From positions 40,052,001 through 40,116,000 of the forward strand of contig OZ024754.1 of NCBI GenBank assembly GCA_964016885.1: a stretch of 64,000 nt of DNA, written 5' to 3'. This stretch comes from Eledone cirrhosa. Lineage: Eukaryota. The notes beneath the pieces are model-generated. The model worked only from the letters and a program-made list of their open reading frames with translations. It ran no database searches and had not been told where the DNA came from. The translations under genes were made by a program, and so were the position numbers. Positions 51,701 to 64,000 of this stretch are shown here, in pieces; position 1 is the first letter of the stretch, and every line of letters begins with the position of its first letter.

Positions 51701-53672
51701 CTGTCATACGTGGATTGGTTTTCATGATAAAATAGCAGCCTATCGGTTGTATTACAGATTAGCATTATAACTGGGGGGAATCACGGCCCCTCTCTTATTT
51801 CACCTTTGGCCCGCTGTGCCTCTTCCCTGTGATGTAATGGTCTTTTGGGGTCCTCCAGTTTAAGACCCATGCTCTAGATTCCGTCCCATATCTCCCCTAG
51901 TCCTCACTAATTATGTTTTTGCTGAATGATCTGACTGGCATATCTGAGTTCAAATCCCGCCAAGGTTAAGTTTGCCTTTCATCCATACGGGGTCGATAAA
52001 ATAAAGTACCAGTAATGTACTGGGGATAATTGCTGGTCTGTGCCAAAAGTAGAAACAATTATTAATACAGGGAAACAAAAGCAAACTTCAAAAGTTTAAT
52101 ACTGCTGCTGATGTTGCTGCTGCAAATGCCCTAATTTTATGAAAAAATTAGTCTGAAAAAATGTTCTGCCGCGGGTCATAGAAAAGTAGTTTACGGGTCG
52201 TAAGTTTGATACCCCCCACACACACCCGATAAGCTATCAAATTTCATTATTAGATATTGAATACTGCTAATAAATACTTAGTTTATATATATCCTGTTGG
52301 TCGTCAACTAAGTCAAATAGGCCATATACACACTTAAACTAAATTTTATTAAGAACAAGCCGGATAAAATTACCTCCATTCTTGTGGGGATTGTTCTAAA
52401 ACCTTATTTATTCCAATATAAAAACTACCAGAGAGAGGGGGGTAGGGGAGAGAGGGGGTAGGGGAGAGAGGGAGGGAGAGGCAGGGAGGGAGTGAGGGAG
52501 GGAGAGGGAGAGAGAGGGAGGGAGAGAGAGAGAGGGAGGGAGGGGTAGAGAGCGGAAGGCAGAGTGAGGGGAAGGGCACAATTTAAAGCTAATCTTGAAA
52601 AACTACCACCATTGGAGGTGCGATATATTGTCAACTATAAAGTCTTCCAAGAGAGAAACATTTAACTCCTTGTTGTTCACCTTTTCTTTTTCTTCTCTCT
52701 CCCTGTCCATCTCTCTCTCTGTCTCTTCTCTGTCTGTCTCTTCTCTGTCTGTCTGTCTGTCTGTCTCTTCTCTGTCTGTCCTCTCTCTCTCTCCTGTCTG
52801 TCTGTCTCTCTTCTCTGTCTGTCTGTCTCTTCTCTGTCTGTCTGTCTGTCTGTCTCTTTGTCTCTCTTCTCTGTCTGTCTGTCTCTTCTCTGTCTGTCTG
52901 TCTGTCTGTCTCTTTGTCTCTCTCTCTCTCTCTGTCTCTCTCTCTCTCTGTCTGTCTCTCTGTCTCTCTGCCTCCCTCCGTCTCTCCCTCCCTCCGTCTC
53001 TCTCTCCCTCCGTCTCTTAATATTGGTTTCTGATTTAGGCACAAGGTCAGCAATTTGGGGGAAGGGGAAAGTCGATTAAATCGATCCAGTGCGTTACTAG
53101 TACTTTATTTTATCAACCCCGTAAGGATGAAAAGCAAAGTTAACCTCAGCAGGATTTGAACTCAGACCATAAAAGGCCGGAACTCTTTGCTGCAAAGCAT
53201 GGCGTCCGACCCTCTACCGATACTGCCAATCCACCGCCCCATTATGTGAGATAATTATGTGAAATAAAATGTTTACCGTGAAAATACAATAGTAAATATA
53301 GAGTCATGTAAATGCTAAAGGGTTAAACATATGAGCATGTTTTATTTACATACAGTTGAAAAAGATGAACAGCTTGGCCATAGTTTCGACCTTTGTAGAC
53401 GACTTCATCAGAAAGTGTCTACCTCCTTTACAATCCACAAAGAAGTGTATAGCCAATGGATTTACGAATCTATCAGATGTGGTACAACTAGAGATCTGGA
53501 CCTGCTCATTTGTGTAATAATCCTAATCCTTGCGGTGATAGTTAATACAATGTTATACTAGACCACCCGTTACCCGTTGTGTCACGTTGACTTATAAAAT
53601 AAAAAATAATTTTGAAATAATTGAAATATACACAGACATGTATTTAATGTAAAATGAAATTGGAAGGCCCAA

Positions 53673-53677
<5 letters not shown>

Positions 53678-53764
<87 letters not shown>

Positions 53765-53878
53765 CTGTATGTGTCTGTATGTGTCTGTATGTGTCTGTAT
53801 GTGTCTGTATGTGTGTGTCTGTGTGTGTCTGTGTGTGTCTGTGTGTGTCTGTGTGTGTCTGTGTGTGTCTGTGTGTGT

Positions 53879-53921
<43 letters not shown>

Positions 53922-55033
53922 TGTGTGTGTGTGTGTCTGTGTGTGTGTGTGTCTGTGTGTGTGTGTCTGTGTGTGTGTGTCTGTGTGTGTGTGTCTGTGT
54001 GTGTGTGTCTGTGTGTGTGTCTGTGTGTGTGTGTGTCTGTGTCTGTGTGTGTGTGTGTATGTGTGTATGGTGTCTGTGTATGGTGTCTGTGTGTGTTCAT
54101 ATGTCAGCTAGAAGACGGTCAAGTTAAAGCCAGTTTAAGCTTTACCGTTGGTCTTCTATGTCATACACACACACACACACACACACACAGCTGTGCCATT
54201 GATCGAAACTTAACATCAAATATGAACATAAGCTTGTTTTGTGTATGTGGTGGTGGTGGTGGTGGTGGTAGTGGTGTGGCGGTGGAGGTGGTGGTGGTAG
54301 TATGAGGGTAGTGATGATGGTGGGTAGTGGTGGTGGTGGTGGTGGTATGTGGGTAGTGGTGAGGTAATGGTGGTTCTGAAGGGGTGGGGTGATGGTGAGT
54401 TTTAGGAGTATTGGTGGTTGAGGGTTAATGGCGTTGATGGGTATTGGGGTGGTGGTGGTGGTGGTGGTATTGATAACAATGGTGGTGGTGGTAGTGGTGG
54501 TGGTGGTGGTATTGATAACAATGGCGGTAGTGGTGGTAGTGGTATTGATAACAATGGTGGTGGTGTTATTAATGACAATGGCGGTGGTCGTAGTGGGGGG
54601 GGGGTTAATGGGGTTGATGGGTATTGAGGTGGTGGTGGTGTGTTGGTGTGGTGGTGTGGCGGTGGCGGTGTGGTGGTGGTGGTGTGGCGGTATGATGGTG
54701 GTGGTGGTCGTGTGGTGGTGGTGGTATTAATAACAATGGTGGTGTGGTGTGGTGGTGGTGGTGTGGTGGTGGCGGTGTGGTGGTGGTGGTGTGGCGGTAT
54801 GATGGTGGTGGTGGTCGTGTGGTGGTGGTGGTATTAATAACAATGGTGGTGTGGCGGTGGTGGCAAATAGGATATAAATGTGTTTAAAAGATGTAGAGAG
54901 ACACAAAAGACAAGAAAGGGAGCAATAAAAAGTATTTGTGAAAAACAGGAATAAATTTAATTATGTAACAACACTGACTTGGCATTGTTTATTGCTATAG
55001 TGTATATATATATATATACACACATATATATAT

Positions 55034-55074
<41 letters not shown>

Positions 55075-55605
55075 TATATATATACACATATATATATATA
55101 TACACATATATATATATATACACATATATATATATATACACATATATATATATATACACATATATATATATATACACATATATATATATATACACATATA
55201 TATATATATACACATATATATATATATATATACACATATATATATATATACACATATATATATATACACATATATATATATATACACATATATATATATA
55301 CACATATATATATATATACACATATATATATATACACATATATATATATACACATATATATATATATACACATATATATATACACATATATATATATATA
55401 CACATATATATATACACATATATATATATATACACACATATATATATACACACATATATATATACACACATATATATATATACACACATATATACACACA
55501 TATATATATATATATACATACACACATATATATATATATATACATACACACATATATATATATATACACACATATATATATATATACACACATATATATA
55601 TATAT

Positions 55606-55648
<43 letters not shown>

Positions 55649-55749
55649 CACACATATATATATACACATATATATATATATACACACATATATATATATA
55701 TATACACATATATATATATATATACACATATATATATATATATACACAC

Positions 55750-55780
<31 letters not shown>

Positions 55781-55790
55781 TATATATATA
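53678..55790. repeat. GT, GGT and TA/CA microsatellite blocks
   Basis: Direct inspection. Confidence 0.95.
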
Positions 55791-55877
55791 CTTAAGGAAG
55801 GAGACACAGAGGGAAGTGTAAAACGGTGCCGGAGGGGGTGGGGGAGCAGTCGCTGAGTCAATGACCGTACAAGGTCA

Positions 55878-56270
55878 CGGTAACCCTCGTATGTACCCTG
55901 GTGGCACAGTGGGGCACGGTAACCCTGGGATGTACCCGAGTGGCACAGTGGGGCGGGGGGGGTAACCCTCGTATGTACCCGGGTGGCACAGTGGGGGAGG
56001 GGCGGTAACCCTCGTATGTACCCTAGTGGCAGTGGGGCGGGGGGGTTAACCCTCGTATGTACCCTAGTGGCACAGTGGGGGGGGGAGATAACCCTCGTAT
56101 GTACCCTGGTGGCACAGTGGGGGGAGGTAACCCTCGTATGTACCCTAGTGGCAGTGGGGGGGCGGTAACCCTCGTATGTACCCTAGTGGCACAGTAGGGG
56201 GGTAACCCTCGTATGTACCTTAGTGGCACAATGGGGGGGGAGGTAACCCTCGTATGTACCCTGGTGGCAC
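55878..56270. repeat. About 33-40-bp minisatellite with variable G-runs, about 11 copies
   Basis: ggtaaccctcgtatgtaccctagtggcacagtg(g)n. Confidence 0.95.
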
Positions 56271-56499
56271 AAGGAACACACCCACCCTTATACACAGATC
56301 GGTGGGGCACGGTAAGCTTTGTATGTTCTCTGACGGCACAATATACTATATATATATACTATATACTGTGTACTATATATACTATATACACTATATATAT
56401 ATTCATATGTATACCATATACTGTGCACTATATATATATATATATACTCTGTACAATATATATATACTATACAATACATGCATATATATATATATATTA

Positions 56500-59400
56500 T
56501 ACATTACATATATAATATACATTATACATTACATATATAATATACATTATACATTACATATATAATATACTATACATTACATATATACTATACATTACAT
56601 ATATAATATACTATACATTACATATATAATATACTATACATTACATATATAATATACTATACATTACATATATAATATACTATACATTACATATATAATA
56701 TACTATACATTACATATATAATATACATTACATATATACTATACATTACATATATAATATACTATACATTACATATATAATATACTATACATTACATATA
56801 TACTATACATTACATATATAATATACTATACATTACATATATAATATACTATACATTACATATATAATATACATTACATTACATATATAATATACATTAC
56901 ATATATAATATACTATACATTACATATATAATATACATTACATTACATATATAATATACATTACATATATAATATACTATACATTACATATATAATATAC
57001 TATACATTACATGTATAATATACTATACATTACATATATAATATACTATACATTACATATATAATATACTATACATTTCATATATAATATACTATACATT
57101 TCATATATAATATACTATACATTACATATATAATATACTATACATTACATATATAATATACTATACATTACATATATAATATACTATACATTTCATATAT
57201 AATATACTATACATTTCATATATAATATACTATACATTTCATATATAATATACTATACATTTCATATATAATATACTATACATTTCATATATAATATACT
57301 ATACATTACATATATAATATACTATACATTACATATATAATATACTATACATTTTATATATAATATACTATACATTTCATATATAATATACTATACATTT
57401 CATATATAATATACTATACATTTCATATATAATATACTATACATTTCATATATAATATACTATACATTTCATATATAATATACTATACATTTCATATATA
57501 ATATACTATACATTACATATATAATATACTATACATTTCATATATAATATACTATACATTACATATATAATATACTATACATTACATATATAATATACTA
57601 TACATTACATATATAATATACTATACATTACATATATAATATACTATACATTACATATATAATATACTATACATTACATATATAATATACTATACATTAC
57701 ATATATAATATACTATACATTACATATATAATATACTATACATTACATATATAATATACTATACATTACATATATAATATACTATACATTACATATATAT
57801 ACTATACATTACATATATATACTATACATTACATATATATACTATACATTACATATATATACTATACATTACATATATATACTATACATTACATATATAT
57901 ACTATACATTACATATATATACTATACATTACATATATATACTATACATTACATATATATACTATACATTACATATATATACTATACATTACATATATAT
58001 ACTATACATTACATATATATACTATACAGTACATATATATACTATACAGTACATATATATACTATACATTACATATATATACTATACATTACATATATAT
58101 ACTATACATTACATATATATACTATACATTACATATATATACTATACATTACATATATATACTATACATTACATATATATACTATACATTACATATATAT
58201 ACTATACATTACATATATATACTATACATTACATATATATACTATACATTACATATATATACTATACATTACATATATATACTATACATTACATATATAT
58301 ACTATACATTACATATATATATACTATACATTACATATATATATACTATACATTACATATATATATACTATACATTACATATATATATACTATACATTAC
58401 ATATATATATACTATACATTACATATATATATACTATACATTACATATATATATACTATACATTACATATATATACTATACATTACATATATATACTATA
58501 CATTACATATATATACTATACATTACATATATATACTATACATTACATATATATACTATACATTACATATATATACTATACATTACATATATATACTATA
58601 CATTATATATATATACTATACATTATATATATATACTATACATTATATATATATACTATACATTATATATATATATACTATACATTATATATATATATAC
58701 TATACATTATATATATATATACTATACATTATATATATATATACTATACATATATATATACTATACATTATATATATACTATACATTATATATATATATA
58801 TATACAATACATTACATATATACATTACACATATATATACTATACATTACATATATATACATATATATTACATATATATATACATATATATATACTATAC
58901 ATATATATATACATATATATTACATATATATATACATATATATTACATATATATATACATATATATTACATATATATATACATATATATTACATATATAT
59001 ATACATATATATATTACATATATATATACTATACATATATATATACTATACATATATATATACTATACATATATATATACTATACATATATACTATACTA
59101 TACATATATACTATACTATACATATATACTATACTATACATATATACTATACTATACATATATACTATACTATACATATATACTATACTATACATATATA
59201 CTATACATATATACTATACATATATACTATACTATACATATATACTATACATATATACTATACATATATACTATACATATATATATACTATACATATATA
59301 TATACTATACATATATATATACTATACATATATATATATACTATACATATATATATATACTATACATATATATATATACTATACATATATATATATACTA

Positions 59401-60055
59401 TACATATATATATATACTATACATATATATATATACTATACATATATATATATACTATACATATATATATATACTATACATATATATATATACTATACAT
59501 ATATATATATACTATACATATATATATATACTATACATATATATATATACTATACATATATATATATACTATACATATATATATATACTATACATATATA
59601 TATACTATACATATATATATACTATACATATATATATACTATACATATATATATACTATACATATATATATACTATACATATATATATACTATACATATA
59701 TATATACTATACATATATATATACTATACATATATATATACTATACATATATATATACTATACATATATATATACTATACATATATATATACTATACATA
59801 TATATATACTATACATATATACTATACATATATACTATACATACATATATTTAAAAAATACATTCATTATATACATTCTATATATATATATACATTCTAT
59901 ACATTATATTCATTCTATACATTCTATATATATATACATTCTATACATTATATACATTCTATATATATATACATTCTATATATATATACATTCTATATAT
60001 ATATACATTCTACATATATATACATTCTACATATATATACATTCTATATATATAT
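56500..60055. repeat. AT-rich minisatellite with shifting unit length
   Basis: (tactatacattacatatataata)n grading to 20-, 22- and 17-19-bp units. Confidence 0.95.
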
Positions 60056-61133
60056 TGTATTTGAACACCGAACATAATGTGACTTAAACACCACAAAACA
60101 CTGTATTCGGCGCTCTGTCGCTTCTGACAATCTCCGGCCATGTTTGCCAGATAAACTTATATTGATCCAGCTACAATCTATATAGTTAAAATATTGATCA
60201 CTCCACTGATTGGTACATCGTGACCCCTACGAATTTGTGACCAAGAATTAAATGCTATTAACGCTATGGCGTCACCGAAGACTGGGTTTTGTATTCGTTT
60301 CAGCTACGTTCTAGGTTATCAAGTTCTATAAAACGGTTTATTTATTTATTTTAAAAGTTATCTTTTTTAAATAAATGGAGTAAAACCACGTAATGTGAAG
60401 AAAGCCAGGATATGATAGTGAAGATAGAGAAGAGGCAGGAAAGACAGACAGGGAGAAGAAATGAAAGTGAATGCTATGAAGTCAAGCGACCCGATAAAAA
60501 TGAAACTATGACAGCTACAGAGATAGAAATAATAAATAGTACTAGTGGCTGTTGGCGGACGAGGGAGAAATGGGTGACGAGGTGCTATGAGGGTGGATGC
60601 TGTAAATGGTTGGGTGTGTTCACGTGTAGGCGAACTGCTATCAGTAACAATTTCGCAACAGAGCCAAAAAAAAAAAAAGGTTTTACATGAAAAAAAAATT
60701 TTAAAAAATGACGGTAGGATTTTGCGGGGAGTGTTGGGAGAGGAAAACGTGTATCGTTGAAGCAAAGAGATCAACGTACGACCAAAGATAGATTTACATA
60801 GAGAACGAAAGTTCGAGATGGTATTTACAGTAGACGTGTATCGTTGAAACAGAGAGTTCAACACACAGCCACCGAAAACGATGTGAATGAGTATCATAAG
60901 GTGAGCCGCACTACTAAAAACTTCAAGGCAATTTTGAAGGCCATTCAGAAGGCCAAACGGGCCGCAGTTTGTCCAAGTTTATATACATTTACCATCAAAT
61001 TGACCGCCATGGTTGTCAGCCATGATTGAAGACGCCTCAACCTTTCATTCAGACACAATCTAAACAGGTCCGTAGTCTAGATTATTAAATTCATTAAACG
61101 GTAGGAGTTAATTTGGGGAAGATTCGGTTGTCT

Positions 61134-61167
<34 letters not shown>

Positions 61168-61194
61168 CGTGTGTGTGTGTGTGTGTGTGTGTGT

Positions 61195-61370
61195 TAGGTA
61201 ATTCCGAAGGAAACGCAAAGGAAAAAAGAGTGCTCTATGTATAGAACAGAGCTATTTAATTAGAAAGTGAACAACACAAAATATAACTACTCCAGACCTA
61301 TATTAATATTGTCTGGGATCCAGAAACCTTTGGTAATGGAGTAGTTATATTTTGTGTTGTTCACTTTCTA
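61195..61370 (-). mobile_element. Short fold-back element, family H
   Basis: 34-bp arms 61261-61294 and 61337-61370, with a unique tail carrying the shared bulged hairpin. Confidence 0.6.
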
Positions 61371-61439
61371 GAAAGCAGACCTTTATGAACTCGGCATAAA
61401 GGGGTGATCTCCAGAAAGCAGTAAAGTCAGTAAATATTC

Positions 61440-62600
61440 AACCATCTCCTCTCTCTTTTTGGATAGTTTGATAAGACATATCTATGGAGTCCCCACATTC
61501 CTGGAACTTTGTGAAAATTGGGACCAGATGATGGTAAATAGATCTCTACTTTCTTCAAAACCACTTCAAGAATAAGGAATTTCTTTAGAGTTGCTTCAAT
61601 GTTTGTATTGGCTCCTTGGTGCCTGCCAGACTGGTGGTATTGAAGGACATACTAATTATTCTATCTTCAATGTCGACAAAACAACTTCAGAGTCTTCTCT
61701 GCTTCCATCTCTTGCAATAGGAACACCTAAGAGCTCCTTTCCTTTTCCTGTCCTTAAAACTGCAATCCAATCTTCGAGTGCGCTGGATTGGGAAGCTGGT
61801 AGTAACAATTCTCCATCCCAATGGAGGAATAGCCAGGGTCTTCCGGTGGGAAAGTGGATAACTTCATTTCCTGAGCCATAATCTCATAGTGTCTGGTTCT
61901 TGCTTGATAATCAGTTGAGGGGGGACTCGAAAGTAAATACCCCTCAAGACCAAGACTCTCTGCAATTGGGATGTAAGAAGTACTTGCTTGTTATACAGAT
62001 ATTTTTCCCTTTTCCCACGTGACAACAAAAGTAGCATCAAGAGTTGGCTTTCCTCACATTGACTTTTGGGGCAGTACAGACTTGAAGATTTCACCATCAT
62101 CATCATCACTAATAGCTGAGCTAGATGACAAACTTTCAAGGGCTACTTTCTCGGACATCTTGACTTCTTTTCCTTCTTCTGAATATCTCTCACAAGTTCT
62201 GCATCAACACCGACCCTAAACGAAGACAGCTGATCTTCTCACTGTGTCTCAAAGGAAAGCTTTACCTTCAGGTGGAAAATCCTTTCATTCGAGAACATCC
62301 TGGCTTGCAGTCTCAAAAATTTCTTCGAGATCACCTTTCTAAATTTCACACTTTGAAATTGCTTTATCAGTCATCCTTGATACTTCTTATAAAATTTCTC
62401 AATTGAAGTGCAGATGTTTCTTTCTGCTTTGGTTGGGGTATTTGCTTTTCTCACACCTCTTGGATCTTCTGGCTAGTGATTTTACGGCAATTGAAATTGT
62501 CTCCCCAAGTTTGACATGATGGTAGAGAAAACACAAGCGCACTTGTGGTTTGTAAGCAGCCAAATGGCCTTTCTGCTTTCTATGTTCTTATTCACTGTGA
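61440..62600 (-). pseudogene. Decayed DDE DNA transposase (hAT/hATm-like)
   Basis: Broken frames with FLYHH, DLEEIFETASQDVLE, FLHWDGELL, ELLGVPIARDGS, MSFNTTS and PSSGPN. Confidence 0.65.
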
Positions 62601-63109
62601 AAGATGAAAAGCAAAATCAATCAATTTTATTTTAACAAGCTTTTCAGTTCATACATTTCTGAAACCCATTCAAGCTATGAAATGTAAAAGACAAGAAAAC
62701 AACAGATGAAAAAAAACAGGTTGTTTACCACTCGTTAACAAAACCAAGGTGTTTACCACTCCCTAACAAAACCAACAATGGAATGAACCTTACATTAGAA
62801 TCTTATTGTTAACTCATGTTGTTGAATTATCAAAACAAATATCAAAAAGCTCACCTAATCAATGTGATACCAAATACTTCTTCATACAAAAAATGAAAAC
62901 AAATAATCGATGTGAAATTATTTTTACTTAATTTTAGTTTACGGTGAATTTCTTTTTCATTTAGGATCCTATAAATGGACAAAACTGGACAAAAAATACC
63001 TGGCAACAATCAACAGATTTCAAAATTCCTTATTTTTACAAACAGAATTGACATGTGCAGCCAGGTTGGAAGTGATATCACGTTGGCAGGTGTAAAATCA
63101 GTCAGCTGG

Positions 63110-63500
63110 AATTTGCAGACGAGATGGTGTGTGTTACTTAACTCAACGGAAGGTGATCTTGATAGGTCTGATGTTGCATTGCTGGAACGAAAATGAGTGC
63201 TGCGAAAACCGAGACATTTGTTCTCTAAAAGAAGTCTGCACTCTACATGTGAATGGAGTTTGACTCAAGTAGATGGAGAGGTTCAAATATCTCGAGGCGG
63301 TGTTCACAAATGATGGAAAGCAGGAGGCCGAATTAAGTGCAAGAATTGCAGGAACTGGTGCAGTAATGGGTCAACTTCAACATTCAGTAATCAGAAGGGA
63401 GGTAGGCATAAAAGCCAAACTCACCATCTTCAGTTCGGTATTCGAACCAACCCTTACCTATGGTCATGAATCTTGGGTAACAAGCAAAAGATTACAACAA
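63110..63500 (+). mobile_element. RTE LINE RT fragment
   Basis: ERFKYLEAVFTNDGKQEAELSARI...KAKLTIFSSVFEPTLTYGHESWVT. Confidence 0.85.
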
Positions 63501-63714
63501 ATACACACTCATATACAAAATGTGACGTCGTGTTATAAAATATCCGTTTTCTTATAATTGTCTATAGTAGAATATTTTAGTTAAAATGTTATATTGTTTT
63601 AATCCAAATGTAAATTATATGTCGTCAATCCCGGGGTCTAATACTATTACCTTCTAAAATTTGATCAAGCCATTTGGGAATGCATAAGGAAGAGAGAGAG
63701 AGGGGGGGTGCGTG

Positions 63715-63765
<51 letters not shown>

Positions 63766-64000
63766 AAATCTGATTGTTAAGCAACCAAAACATTTGATAT
63801 TGCATGTTATAGAATGACATACAGACACGTGTGTATGTATGTAGCTATATAAGAGATATTTCATATATATGTGTGTATGTTATGGGAGAGTTACATACAG
63901 ACATACGTGTGTGTATATGTGTATGTATGTATGTATGTATGTGTGGCTATATAATAGATTCTTTCATACAGGCGTATATATATATATACACATAGTATAT

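Noticed and set aside
53365-53420. Minus-strand CTGATGA...GAAAC
   Set aside because: Stems I-III and the UH triplet do not form convincingly; at best a decayed HHR.
60367-61029. ORFs in non-repetitive sequence
   Set aside because: No recognisable motifs and no consistent splice structure.

Overview
AT-rich eukaryotic (animal) genomic DNA made mostly of repeats. The SINE, RTE-tail and microsatellite content resembles an octopus/cephalopod genome; this is recognition from memory and is unverified. Almost all long ORFs in the track are translations of microsatellites. Conventional content: three phase-compatible minus-strand exons of a possible membrane-protein gene (156-3709), tRNA-derived SINEs, relics of RTE, CR1, L1/Tx1 and CRE LINEs, TTAA-flanked MITEs, a Helitron with both ends identifiable, a decayed DDE transposase and several minisatellites. 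The main signal is a set of about 15 short inserts (150-460 bp) from at least 7 sequence families. Most sit inside (TA)n tracts, most are head-to-head fold-back palindromes, and many carry type I hammerhead ribozymes (HHRs) that can be folded by eye. Five families share a covarying bulged hairpin in the 3' tail (a sixth has a near-match), and the short palindrome arm stops just before it. One copy begins at the predicted self-cleavage site. They look like miniature Penelope-like element (PLE) pLTR derivatives that record their own integration mechanism.
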